DNA from: a virus
DNA length: 64,000 nt
Virus record (IMG/VR): IMGVR_UViG_637000095_000001
Strand: one strand, 5' to 3'
The translations under genes and the position numbers were made by a program. Each line of letters opens with the position of its first letter. The first letter of the stretch is position 1. Positions 8,371 through 18,343 of the stretch are shown piece after piece. The notes under the pieces were generated by a model, which had not been told where the DNA came from, ran no database searches, and worked only from the letters and a program-made list of their open reading frames with translations.

Positions 8371-9383
8371 GCGAATTGATGACCACCACGTATTCCATGT
8401 GGCGGCTCTTCCGCAATTGCCGCAAGGCTTGTGAATACCGCTACCTGAGGAACCTTGTTCCTCTGGAGCGGGATCACAACCTGGCTTTCGGATCGGTCAT
8501 TCACGACTGCCTTGAAATCTGGCATGGCCAGCGGGAGCTCGAAAAGGTTCTCGAACACATTGATCAGGTCTATGCCAACCGGGCACAGGATGATCATCAA
8601 CTCGCCGACTGGCATCTGGCCACCGCCATGATGAGTTCATACTCGGAGCATTATCCCGTCGAAGACTTTGACGTGGTTGCTCTGGAGAAGACCTTCGAAG
8701 GTCCCATCGTCAATCCGGATACCAACGCCGCATCGAGAAGTTTCGTGCTGGCTGGCAAGGTGGACGGTTTGGTCCAGCAGGATGGTCAATACTTCCTGCT
8801 GGAGCACAAGACCGCCTCACAAATCGATGCCGGTTATCTGGAGCGGCTTTGGACTGATTTTCAGATCATTATTTATGCGTGGTATCTGGAACAGACCCTC
8901 GGCATCCGTATCTCCGGCATCATCTACAACGTGCTGGTCAAAGCCAAACTGCGCCAGAGCAAAGGCGAAACGGAAGCTGAGTTTGAATCCCGCCGTGCCG
9001 AGCTGATTGCCAAATCCAAAACCGGCAAGAGCAGCGCCAAGCGCAAGATGCCCGAGCCGGATGATGTCTTTCAGCAGCGCCTCAAAGACAAATACCTCGA
9101 ACCCGGCATGTTTCACCGGGAGATGCTCTACATCTCCCGCGATCAATTCGACGAGCTTCGCAGTGAGCTTTGGGAACTATCCAAAGCCATGTTGGATGCC
9201 CGTCGCCGCAACACCTTCTACCGCAATACGGCCTTCTGTTTTCAGTATGGACGCGCCTGTCCTTACTTCCCGCTGTGCCGGAGCGGTGAGAACCCCAACG
9301 TCATTGAAAACCATTACCAACGGGTGCTCCCGCACGAAGAGCTGCGGGATGGAGCAAGTGAAGACGCTGCCCCTGTTTTTTAA
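8367..9383 (+). CDS. PD-(D/E)XK exonuclease, RecB/AddB/Cas4-like with Fe-S staple
   Basis: LAGKVDGLV...LLEHKT...Q..IYAW; Cys at NCRKAC and CFQYGRACPYFPLC; start moved to ATG 8367 (GGAGG RBS). Confidence 0.85.
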   Translation: MSELMTTTYSMWRLFRNCRKACEYRYLRNLVPLERDHNLAFGSVIHDCLEIWHGQRELEKVLEHIDQVYANRAQDDHQLADWHLATAMMSSYSEHYPVEDFDVVALEKTFEGPIVNPDTNAASRSFVLAGKVDGLVQQDGQYFLLEHKTASQIDAGYLERLWTDFQIIIYAWYLEQTLGIRISGIIYNVLVKAKLRQSKGETEAEFESRRAELIAKSKTGKSSAKRKMPEPDDVFQQRLKDKYLEPGMFHREMLYISRDQFDELRSELWELSKAMLDARRRNTFYRNTAFCFQYGRACPYFPLCRSGENPNVIENHYQRVLPHEELRDGASEDAAPVF

Positions 9384-9408
9384 CCCAAACCATACAAGGA
9401 GATAAATC

Positions 9409-10179
9409 ATGCTTCCAAAAAGCAAAACCAAACCGAAAGCACACCTGAACGACCTGACCGCGCTGGTCTACGGTCCAAGCAAAATCGGCAAGAGCACGTG
9501 GTGCTCCCATGCGGAGAACGCCCTGTTTCTCGCCACGGAACCGGGCCTGAACGCCCTCGAAGTGTTCGAAGCGCCTATTACCTGCTGGGACGACCTTCTG
9601 CAGGCGTGTGCCGAGATTGCCGAAGGCAAACACGACTTCAAGACCATCGTCATCGATACGGTGGATAACGCCTATCGCATGTGTGCGGATTATGTCTGCA
9701 AGAAGTTCAAGATCGAGCACGAGTCCGACCTTGGCTACGGCAAAGGCTATGCCCTCATCAACAATGAGTTTCAGCGCGTTCTCAACAAACTGGCCTTTCT
9801 GCCATACGGCCTGATCCTCATTTCCCATTCCCACGAGCGTGATATCGAAACACGCACCGGGAAACACACACGCATCGTGCCGACCCTGCCGGACAAGGCC
9901 CGCAAGCTGGTGACCGGTCTGGTGGACCTGATCCTGTTCTGTGATCTGGACATGAAAACCGGTGACGACGGCAAGCCCATCTATCAGCGGGTGATGCGAA
10001 CCAAGCCAAGCCCCAATTACGACGCCGGAGACCGTACCGGCCGACTTCCGGAGATGATCCCTCTGGATTTCCCGACCTTCCTGAAAGCTTTCAATCAAAC
10101 GGCTGCCGGTTCAGCGGTGAGTGCCGCCCGGACAAAGTCGGAGCCAGCCACAACGGCTAAACCTCAAACTAAGGAGTAA
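9409..10179 (+). CDS. Phage AAA ATPase (AAA_24/Sak4-like)
   Basis: Walker A GPSKIGKST, Walker B IVIDTVD. Confidence 0.85.
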   Translation: MLPKSKTKPKAHLNDLTALVYGPSKIGKSTWCSHAENALFLATEPGLNALEVFEAPITCWDDLLQACAEIAEGKHDFKTIVIDTVDNAYRMCADYVCKKFKIEHESDLGYGKGYALINNEFQRVLNKLAFLPYGLILISHSHERDIETRTGKHTRIVPTLPDKARKLVTGLVDLILFCDLDMKTGDDGKPIYQRVMRTKPSPNYDAGDRTGRLPEMIPLDFPTFLKAFNQTAAGSAVSAARTKSEPATTAKPQTKE

Positions 10180-10658
10180 TGACAATGAGTTGGAATAACG
10201 ATGACACCATGGACCTCGCGCAGTTCGACGATGATTTCGTTTCTGCGGATGTTGAAGAAAAGGACTTTGAAGCTGTTCCCGACGGGAAATATCAGGTCAA
10301 GGTCGATCGTGTGGAACTGACCCGCTCGGAAACTTCCGGCAATCCCATGCTCAAGTGGGCGCTGAAGATTCTGGGTCCCACGCATAAAGGCCGTCTGCTC
10401 TGGCGTAACAACGTCATTGCCAGCAAGGACAATGTGAAATGGCTCAAGCAGGATCTTTATACCTGCGGCCTGCAGATGGACAAGCTCTCCGATCTCCCGG
10501 GCAAACTGGAAACCCTTCTGGATGTCGGACTCGAGGTGACTAAGCGCACGAAAAACGAATTCGAGAACATCTACTTCAACCGCCGGATTGTGCTTTCGGA
10601 TGAAGACGCCGCCGCACCGTCGACCGGTCACGATGTAGACGACATGATTCCGTTTTGA
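10179..10658 (+). CDS. DUF669 family / putative single-strand DNA-binding protein
   Basis: VPDGKYQVKV...SETSGNPMLKW.LKI; acidic C-tail ending DDMIPF. Confidence 0.8.
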   Translation: MTMSWNNDDTMDLAQFDDDFVSADVEEKDFEAVPDGKYQVKVDRVELTRSETSGNPMLKWALKILGPTHKGRLLWRNNVIASKDNVKWLKQDLYTCGLQMDKLSDLPGKLETLLDVGLEVTKRTKNEFENIYFNRRIVLSDEDAAAPSTGHDVDDMIPF

Positions 10659-10660
10659 GG

Positions 10661-11137
10661 ATGGGCATGGTTACCGTTGTCGTTGATACCCGGGAACAGG
10701 AGCCTTACGGATTTGATTCGGAATCAGTCGCATCAGTCCGCAAGGCCCTCCCGGCGGGAGATTACTCCATCGAGGGATTCGAGACCCGGGTGGCGGTGGA
10801 AAGAAAGTCCATGGCGGATTTTGTCTCCACTGTCATCAGAGGCCGAAAGCGTTTTCACAAGGAGCTGGAAAAGCTCCGGCATTATGACGCGGCCTGTGTC
10901 GTCGTTGAGGCCAATTACCGGGATATTCTCGGGGCCTGCTACCAGAGCGACGCTCATCCAAACGCCCTCATAGGAACCATTGCCTCCATCATCATCGACT
11001 TCGGTGTGCCCGTTTATTTCTGTTCAGACCGTCAGGCAGCCTGCCGGTTTGTTGAAGAGTTTTTAATGCGCTTTCACCGGAGGTTCGCTCAATGCCAAGA
11101 AAAACAAACTCCCCGGCAAAACTCCGGGGAAGAATAG
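10661..11137 (+). CDS. ERCC4/XPF-domain nuclease
   Basis: VVDTREQ...GDYS...VAVERKSMADFV. Confidence 0.88.
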   Translation: MGMVTVVVDTREQEPYGFDSESVASVRKALPAGDYSIEGFETRVAVERKSMADFVSTVIRGRKRFHKELEKLRHYDAACVVVEANYRDILGACYQSDAHPNALIGTIASIIIDFGVPVYFCSDRQAACRFVEEFLMRFHRRFAQCQEKQTPRQNSGEE

Positions 11138-13314
11138 AGAGAGTTTATTATGCCGGGCCAAAGTTTTCCGCAGGCCGTTTGCTCACCGCCACAGGAGAGG
11201 AAATCCAGTTTGCCGGAAATCTGTTTGCCCGTGAAAATCAGCCCGTGGTCCTTTTGGGGACGTGGGCCACCCATCCGAAATATGGTCGCCAGTTCAAGGT
11301 CGATGCCATGGAGCACGATCTTGATCTGAACCCGGAAGGATTGATTCACTATCTGGCCAATCACCCTGACATCAAAGGGATTGGTCCTGCCAAAGCCCGC
11401 CTTATCGTTGAAGAGTTCGGCGATTCTTTCGAGGAGACCCTGATTGAATCCCCGGAGCTCATCGCATCAAAAGCCAGAATTTCCCTCGATGCCGCTAATC
11501 GTCTTAAGGATGAATGGTGTAAAAACCGCAGCGTCAATGCCGTCCTGGCATGGCTCTCCGCCTTTGGGTTGACCCACCATCAGGTAACCACGCTGGTCGA
11601 TAAGCTGGGCGGGAACTGTCTGGAAATCCTCAAAGCCGATCCTTACATCCTCATCCGGGAACTGCGTGGATTCGGCTTCAAGAAAGTCGACAAGATTGCC
11701 CGCAAACTGGGTACGCCCAAAGACCACACCCCAAGAATCCGTGCCGGTATCCAGTACTGCATGCACGAGGCGCTGGATCAGGGAAACTGCTGGGTCGAAT
11801 ACGAGGACCTAGTTGATCAGGCCAATCTGCTGCTGGTGATGGATAATCTGGACAGCCGCATCCGTATCGAAGCCTCGCTGGACAATCTGATCAGTGAAAG
11901 ACTGCTTTCCTGTGAATCACACGCGGGACGTTTTCTGGTGGCGCTTTCCGATATCCTGAAAATGGAACAGGATATCGCCGCCATTTTCACCAAGGCGGAT
12001 GCCTCGAACCCTCATTTCAAATCGACCCGCAATCTACAGAAGCTGATTCTTCGTCAGGCGGAAACGCTCAATGAAAAGCAGCTCGAAGCGGTTCACTCTG
12101 CTTTGCAGCACTCCATCAGTCTGATATCCGGTGGAGCCGGATCGGGAAAAAGCTACACCGTATCGGTCATCAACGCGGTATGTGAAGAGTGCGATCTGGA
12201 AGTGGTTCTTTCCGCTCCGACAGGCAAAGCGGCCAAAAGGCTCGAGGAAGTGAGCGGTCGCACCGGAACCACAATCCATCGACTGCTTGGCTATGACGGC
12301 AAGTCCTTTTCAAAGGACAGTAACAATCCCATCGATGCCGACATCCTGATCATCGATGAGTTTTCCATGGTGGATGTTTCTCTGGCATGGCACCTTTTCA
12401 ATGCGGTGGACTTTGCCAGAACGGCCATTGTCATTGTGGGAGACCATAACCAGCTACCGCCGGTCGGACCGGGAAATATCCTTCGGGATCTGATTCACTC
12501 GAATGCCATCCCCACGGTCATTCTGGATAAGGTGGTCAGGCAGGCCGGTGTGTTGAAGGAAAACAGCACCGCCATTCTCAAAGGCGAAGTTAGGAAAACC
12601 AGTGATGCCAGTACACAGGGCTGCCGGGATTGGTATCTGGCGGATCAGTTCACCGACCCGGGTGCTGCTCGAAATTTCCTGCTGGATCTCTTTGACAAGC
12701 GGCTCGATGCCCTTGGATTTGATCTAATCAAGGATGTGCAGGTGTTGACTCCAACGCACAAGGGGCCGCTGGGAACCAAGTCACTCAATGAAGATTTGCA
12801 GCGGCTTATCCAAAAGCGTCTCTGGAATGTGAGCGTTCCGGAAACGCAACTGGGTCGCCGGTCGCCATTTTTGAAACATGACAAGGTCATTCAGACCCGC
12901 AACAACTACGACCTGAACGTCATGAACGGTGCCATCGGTCATGTGGTCGATGTGCTGCCCAACGGCACGCTGCTGATTGATTTTGAGGGTGTGGCAGTTG
13001 AGATTGAAAAAGGTTCACCGAACCTTCAGGACATCCAGCTGGCCTATGCGCTGACAATCCACAAAACCCAGGGATCGGAATTTCCTTGCGCTGTTGTGGT
13101 GGTCCATAAGGCGCACTCGTTCATGCATCATCGCAACCTGCTGTACACCGGTGTCACCCGTGCCCGCAAGACTGCGATTGTACTCGGTGACCGCTGGGGC
13201 ATCCGCAATTGCGCCAAGAAATGTCAGGTGGATGACCGCAAGACCTTTCTTTCCATTCTGTTGAACAATTTGAATTGCCCTGAAGAGCAGTCAGCTTGTG
13301 CGGGGGCATTATGA
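11092..13314 (+). CDS. recD2: RecD2-like SF1B helicase
   Basis: N-terminal OB and HhH (IKGIGPAKA), Walker A GGAGSGKS, IIDEFSMVD, GDHNQLPPVGPG, AYALTIHKTQGSEF, LLYTGVTRA. Confidence 0.92.
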   Translation: MPRKTNSPAKLRGRIERVYYAGPKFSAGRLLTATGEEIQFAGNLFARENQPVVLLGTWATHPKYGRQFKVDAMEHDLDLNPEGLIHYLANHPDIKGIGPAKARLIVEEFGDSFEETLIESPELIASKARISLDAANRLKDEWCKNRSVNAVLAWLSAFGLTHHQVTTLVDKLGGNCLEILKADPYILIRELRGFGFKKVDKIARKLGTPKDHTPRIRAGIQYCMHEALDQGNCWVEYEDLVDQANLLLVMDNLDSRIRIEASLDNLISERLLSCESHAGRFLVALSDILKMEQDIAAIFTKADASNPHFKSTRNLQKLILRQAETLNEKQLEAVHSALQHSISLISGGAGSGKSYTVSVINAVCEECDLEVVLSAPTGKAAKRLEEVSGRTGTTIHRLLGYDGKSFSKDSNNPIDADILIIDEFSMVDVSLAWHLFNAVDFARTAIVIVGDHNQLPPVGPGNILRDLIHSNAIPTVILDKVVRQAGVLKENSTAILKGEVRKTSDASTQGCRDWYLADQFTDPGAARNFLLDLFDKRLDALGFDLIKDVQVLTPTHKGPLGTKSLNEDLQRLIQKRLWNVSVPETQLGRRSPFLKHDKVIQTRNNYDLNVMNGAIGHVVDVLPNGTLLIDFEGVAVEIEKGSPNLQDIQLAYALTIHKTQGSEFPCAVVVVHKAHSFMHHRNLLYTGVTRARKTAIVLGDRWGIRNCAKKCQVDDRKTFLSILLNNLNCPEEQSACAGAL

Positions 13315-16300
13315 GCATGGGCGGTTCAGACAATGTCAGAGAATACTACCGCCTGATAACCGAGCTCGATATCGGAGATGTGGCAAGGGATCTTCTGGCC
13401 GGAAGGATCACACAGGAATCCCGGCAGCGGCTTCAGTGCGATTGTCCGCACCACCAGAGTCAGTCCCGTCGCTCCCTTCATGTGATGCTCGACAAACAGG
13501 GCTGGTATTGCTTCGGCTGCGGTGTGGGCGGAGATGTCCTCCAGCTCGTCGAGTTTGTTCAATCGGGAACGGTTACGGCCGGTCAATCCGGTCCCATGCC
13601 CGACAGCCATCGGCAGGCCCGTGACTTCCTCGCTGGTAAAGCCGGGATGCCGCCACTGTCGCGTTATGGCCTCACGCAGGAACGATTGGAGCAGACGGAA
13701 AACGATCGATCGTTTGAGATCCGGGTCAAAGATGCCCTGACCGAACTGGCCCGCTACTATCACCAGCGGCTCAAGGAAAATCAGGAGGCGCTGACCTGGC
13801 TGAAGGAAAAGTACGCCATCAGTGATGAGACCATCGACGACCTGCTGATCGGTTTTGCCGACAATGAATCCGGTGTCATTGCAGCTCTGCGCTCCGGCGA
13901 ACATGGCTTCAGCAAACGGGAGCTTTCCGCCACAGGTGCCTTTCGCCCGACCAGTCAGGATGGATTGAATCCGTTTTTTGAGAAACGCATCATTTTCCCA
14001 TACTGGAGCCGTGGTCGTGTCGTGTTTATGATCGGCCGCAAAACACCGTGGACTCCGGACGTAAACTGGGAACAGGGAAAGTACAAGAAGCTGCCGGTTC
14101 ACGATGAACATCAGCGCCCTTATGTCGCCCGCTTCATCAACAATGCGGTGCTGTTCAATGAAGACTGCCTGCTGGGCAAGCCCGATCACATCATCATTAC
14201 CGAAGGTGTGACCGATTGTATTGCTCTGATGCAGCAGGGATTTCCCGCGCTCTCTCCTGTAACGGTAAGAATCAGGGCCGCAGACTGGGAACGTCTGGTT
14301 CCAAAGATGCGCGGACTCAAGACCGTCTATATCTGTCAGGACAATGAAATCTCGGAGGCCGGGCTCAAGGGAGCCTTGCAGACTGCTCGCACGCTGGCCG
14401 AACACAAGATTGATACGAAGCTGGTTACCATTCCTCTGAATGAGCCCCAGCAGCAGGCTCGGCAGGAACTTTCGCGACGGTTCAACCTGACGGCAGCTGT
14501 CGGTCCCCGGGAGTTGGCCAAATTACTCGAAGGCCATTCAGACGAGGATATCCGGGAGGCTGAAACGCTGCTGGCCAACGCCAAGATCGATGTGAACGAC
14601 TTCTTTGCATCCCGTAATGGCAAGGCCGAGTTTGAGGAGCTGCTTTCTTCGGCCTGTACGCCGGTTGAGTTCGGCATTCAAAGTCTGCCCGAGGATGCCC
14701 CGGAGGAAGAGAGAAACCGCCAGCTCGAGCCGGTTCTGGCTGAAATTTCGGCGCATTCACCGCTGGAGCAAAGCCGTCTGCTGAAACTGGTTCAGGAACG
14801 GCTGGGTAAAGCGGTTCCAATGGCGACCCTCAAGGAGCAGGTGCGCTCTGTTCAGCAGAACCGACGGGACAGCGCCAAGAAGGAAAAGAAGAAAGCCAAA
14901 CGTCTCAGCGGATCACCGCCCGGTTCCTGTCGCGCCCGGGTCGATGAGGTACTGATTGATACAGAGCTGGAAAACGGTGCTCCGGATTATACCGCTGCAG
15001 CTGAAGCGGCCTATGACTGGTTTACCGCCAACGGAGCCCAGTTCTTTCACACCCAGACCGGTGAGCCATTTATGTATTTCGATAACTCCATCTACTGGAT
15101 GGATTCACCCGACCGTGGGCGCAAGAGACAGTATGCGGCCATGCTCTATAAGCACACCGGCATGGTTCCGACATCCAACGGCGGTCGCACCTTTTTCGAG
15201 GTATTGCCGAGTCTGGCGATGATTCGTGGTCAGGTGCGAGACCATTTCTCGTGGCTGCATTCGGATATTTCCAATTTCACGGTCTATTTTAACTTGAATA
15301 ATCAGGACCATGAGATTGCCCGGATCACACCGGATGGCATCGAGATTCTGAAGAACGGTGGAAATGCCGATGGGATCATTCTCGACGGCTCCCGCAAAAT
15401 GAAGCCGCTGAAGTTTCTGAAGGAAGCCTCTCCGGAGGAAGCCGACAAACTGCTGGTCGATCTTCTGATCAACAATATGACCTGCTCGCAGGGAGACCGC
15501 TTTCTGATTCTGTCCTGGCTGACCTGTTTTCTGCTGATCGACTTTTCCGGAACCCGGCCCATGACCCGTTTTGAAGGTTCGGCCGGTTCGGGTAAGACCA
15601 CCGCCAGCAAGCTAATTTCGGCGCTGCTTTACGGTGAGCCCCAGCACAAGAAAGCCACCGATGCGGCCAACTATACCGATGGTTCCCAGAATCCGCTTAT
15701 CGTCCTCGACAACATCGAGGTCAAGCAGATGACCGAGGATCTGACCACCTTCATGCTGACCAGCATCACCGGCATTGCCAAAGAGAAACGCAAGAGCGGC
15801 ACCGACAGCGAAACCGTAACCGAGCGAACCAAATGTCTGCTGAATACCACCGGCATCGAACCGTTGTGCGGAGAGCTGTCCGAAATTCAGTCCCGTAGCT
15901 TTGTGATCAATTTTGATATCGGTAATCAGGGCAACGACTGCTTCATCGAGTCGGAGGTGATTGCAGCTCTTCAGCGCAACCGGGACCTGATCATTTCCGC
16001 TTTGATGAAACGGACCAGCGAGGTGCTGGCCATGATGAAAGACGGGATGCGGACACAGGCGATGAAGCTGCTGCACGAGGCCCTTGGCAACCATGACAAA
16101 CGGCGCTGCAACGAATACCTCAGCCTGATGTATCTGATGCTGCTGGCCGGGTCATCTCAGGATCAGATCGAACAGGGAATGTCGACTCTGGCTCCAGCCT
16201 TCAAGCAGCAGATCCAGACCATCAACCAGACCAGTCGTGAAACGGCACGGGATTCCAATCACACCGCAACGGCGCTCTCGACTTTGTTCAAGGCATGGCG

Positions 16301-16613
16301 AACAGCCGTGGAGGCCGATCGGAAAGACATGTACAACGATCGCCGAGTGGATCACATTCAGGAGTTCGTTGCCCGCTATCAGGTGCAGCTTGAAGAAGAC
16401 GGCTGCCTCAAGGAGGTATTGTCCCGGGAACTGTTCGTGGCGCTCAAGCGTGTGGCCAGAGATTTTGGTCTGCGCTTTGAAATGGATTCATCGAGGCAGT
16501 TTGCCCAGCGCTTTGCCAACGATCTTGAAACCATCCGCGAGGCCGGATTCGATGTGGTCATCAGCCAGAAACGCTACGGAACCAAGCTCTATACTATCCA
16601 GACAGTCGAATGA
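13311..16613 (+). CDS. DnaG-type primase (Zn finger + TOPRIM) fused to a C-terminal P-loop ATPase/helicase
   Basis: CPHH...WYCFGC zinc finger, IITEGVTDCIAL and ICQDNE TOPRIM, FEGSAGSGKTT Walker A; ATGA overlap at 13311. Confidence 0.88.
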   Translation: MSMGGSDNVREYYRLITELDIGDVARDLLAGRITQESRQRLQCDCPHHQSQSRRSLHVMLDKQGWYCFGCGVGGDVLQLVEFVQSGTVTAGQSGPMPDSHRQARDFLAGKAGMPPLSRYGLTQERLEQTENDRSFEIRVKDALTELARYYHQRLKENQEALTWLKEKYAISDETIDDLLIGFADNESGVIAALRSGEHGFSKRELSATGAFRPTSQDGLNPFFEKRIIFPYWSRGRVVFMIGRKTPWTPDVNWEQGKYKKLPVHDEHQRPYVARFINNAVLFNEDCLLGKPDHIIITEGVTDCIALMQQGFPALSPVTVRIRAADWERLVPKMRGLKTVYICQDNEISEAGLKGALQTARTLAEHKIDTKLVTIPLNEPQQQARQELSRRFNLTAAVGPRELAKLLEGHSDEDIREAETLLANAKIDVNDFFASRNGKAEFEELLSSACTPVEFGIQSLPEDAPEEERNRQLEPVLAEISAHSPLEQSRLLKLVQERLGKAVPMATLKEQVRSVQQNRRDSAKKEKKKAKRLSGSPPGSCRARVDEVLIDTELENGAPDYTAAAEAAYDWFTANGAQFFHTQTGEPFMYFDNSIYWMDSPDRGRKRQYAAMLYKHTGMVPTSNGGRTFFEVLPSLAMIRGQVRDHFSWLHSDISNFTVYFNLNNQDHEIARITPDGIEILKNGGNADGIILDGSRKMKPLKFLKEASPEEADKLLVDLLINNMTCSQGDRFLILSWLTCFLLIDFSGTRPMTRFEGSAGSGKTTASKLISALLYGEPQHKKATDAANYTDGSQNPLIVLDNIEVKQMTEDLTTFMLTSITGIAKEKRKSGTDSETVTERTKCLLNTTGIEPLCGELSEIQSRSFVINFDIGNQGNDCFIESEVIAALQRNRDLIISALMKRTSEVLAMMKDGMRTQAMKLLHEALGNHDKRRCNEYLSLMYLMLLAGSSQDQIEQGMSTLAPAFKQQIQTINQTSRETARDSNHTATALSTLFKAWRTAVEADRKDMYNDRRVDHIQEFVARYQVQLEEDGCLKEVLSRELFVALKRVARDFGLRFEMDSSRQFAQRFANDLETIREAGFDVVISQKRYGTKLYTIQTVE

Positions 16614-18125
16614 TTATTCGGGTCGGTTATAGCCGTCTTTCACTGCCTGTTCCATGGCCGACAATTCTTCATCGGTCAGGAAGTCAAAGTGAGCGGATCT
16701 CTTCCTTGCAGAAAGGCTGCCGTTGTTCTGCAGACACAACTGGATGAATAAGTCGATCAGGCGGTCAGGCATATCAATGATGTCCTGTATCGCCTTCTTG
16801 GTATTGTCGTAGTTGGCCAGAAAGCTGAGTTCTTCCACAAGCTCTTCTTCAATCGTTTTGGTAACAAACTCATACAAGGCTTCTGACTGAGCTGTCATAT
16901 CCATATACTGATACCAGCATGCGGTATCGTTCTCGACGGTCATTTGCCCCATTTCATCCAACCGATAATCGATGAGTTGCAACAAGGGTCGAGAGAACGC
17001 TTCCAGTGATGCATCATAGGCCGCCGGATTTTTGAGCATGACGGCCGAAACCGGAAACATGAGTCCGCGTGGCACCAGCTCCTGCAGCGACAGAATGTTA
17101 TGTATCAGAAACCGATGAATTCGTCCGTTCCCATCTTCAAACGGGTGCAGGAACACAAAGCCATAGGCAATGCTCGCCGCATGAATGACCGGAGATACAT
17201 TTCCCACTTTCATCCGCTTATGGGAGTCAATCAATCCCTCCATGAGGCTTTGCAGATCATCAGGTTTTGGACAAATGAAATGTATGATCTCCTTTTGATA
17301 GGCAACCGTCTGGCCGACATAATTCTGGCTCACCCGATAGTCACTGTCTTTGAAACGCGGATCGACGATTCGGTTCTGAAGCTCTATCAGCCTTTCCTTT
17401 TCACAGAAGTCTTCCTTTTCGGCAAGCTCCAGCGATGTGATGAATTTTTCAGTACGGGAAGCGTTGGGCTTTATGTGCTCAATTTCAAAAGATGACTTCG
17501 TTTCCTTGTTGTAGAGGTAGCTCAGTGCCCGGCGAAGCAGTTCCGGTGGATATGCGGTGACAATATCCTCACACCTTTTTCGCAGGTCGGCTGAATCCAG
17601 CTTGGCAAGCTTTTCGGTCCTTCTTACGACAGGGCAAAACGATTTGGGGCCAAGAAGGTTGTTTACAATGCGGTGACGTGAAGATTTTTCTCCGTTCTGA
17701 ACGGTGTAATAATCTTTGGCTTCCAATGCATCGACATAATTGCCGGAAGTCAGGTCATCGACAGGCAGTTGTTTGCCGGTCAGAAACTCATAGAAGAACC
17801 AGACTCTCCGAGCATACTTCCCCGTAGGTTTGGATTTGATGAACTCGGTTAGCTCATCCTGAGAAACCTTTTCGAAGATTCGAGCCAGTAAGCCCAGATT
17901 GACCCCGTCATATTTCAGCACGAATTCAAGATGGTCTCCGACCTTTTCCCCGGGCCAGTACCTTATAGGGTAGATGTCTTCTATTGTTCCATCCTGAACC
18001 TTCGATCTGTGAGTTCCTGATGAAGACACAAACGAGGTATGCCAATGGGGCATGCCTGTCAGCCCCATCATATCAAGCAGATACGCGTAGCCTGCCGGGC
18101 GAGATTCCAAAACGTTTATATCCAT
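16614..18125 (-). CDS. Fic-domain protein
   Basis: Complete HPFEDGNGRIHR motif; start moved to ATG 18125 behind GAGGAG. Confidence 0.9.
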   Translation of the reverse strand: MDINVLESRPAGYAYLLDMMGLTGMPHWHTSFVSSSGTHRSKVQDGTIEDIYPIRYWPGEKVGDHLEFVLKYDGVNLGLLARIFEKVSQDELTEFIKSKPTGKYARRVWFFYEFLTGKQLPVDDLTSGNYVDALEAKDYYTVQNGEKSSRHRIVNNLLGPKSFCPVVRRTEKLAKLDSADLRKRCEDIVTAYPPELLRRALSYLYNKETKSSFEIEHIKPNASRTEKFITSLELAEKEDFCEKERLIELQNRIVDPRFKDSDYRVSQNYVGQTVAYQKEIIHFICPKPDDLQSLMEGLIDSHKRMKVGNVSPVIHAASIAYGFVFLHPFEDGNGRIHRFLIHNILSLQELVPRGLMFPVSAVMLKNPAAYDASLEAFSRPLLQLIDYRLDEMGQMTVENDTACWYQYMDMTAQSEALYEFVTKTIEEELVEELSFLANYDNTKKAIQDIIDMPDRLIDLFIQLCLQNNGSLSARKRSAHFDFLTDEELSAMEQAVKDGYNRPE

Positions 18126-18136
18126 GCGGTCTCCTC

Positions 18137-18329
18137 GTAAAACTGTTATTCTGCTGGTAATATAGTTAAAAACAGGGCATTTGTCAATAAAACAATTAAA
18201 ATTCAACCATTGTCTGGTAAAACAATTACGAGTGAGCTGCCAACATTTAGAAATTGGCATCTGGCTGGCGAAACTATTATTCGGCTGGTAAAATGATTAG
18301 AAAACGGCATCTGGCTGGTAAAATCGTTA
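18137..18329. repeat. Seven degenerate 11-12-bp direct repeats upstream of the Fic gene
   Basis: GTAAAACTGTTA 18137, GTAATATAGTTA 18157, ATAAAACAATTA 18187, GTAAAACAATTA 18217, GCGAAACTATTA 18268, GTAAATGATTA 18288, GTAAAATCGTTA 18318. Confidence 0.6.
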
Positions 18330-18343
18330 CAAAGGCCGCCGGT

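Noticed and set aside
8367-9383. Cas4 / CRISPR adaptation gene
   Set aside because: Fe-S PD-(D/E)XK motifs are present, but there are no cas1/cas2 genes or array; the context is a phage recombination cassette
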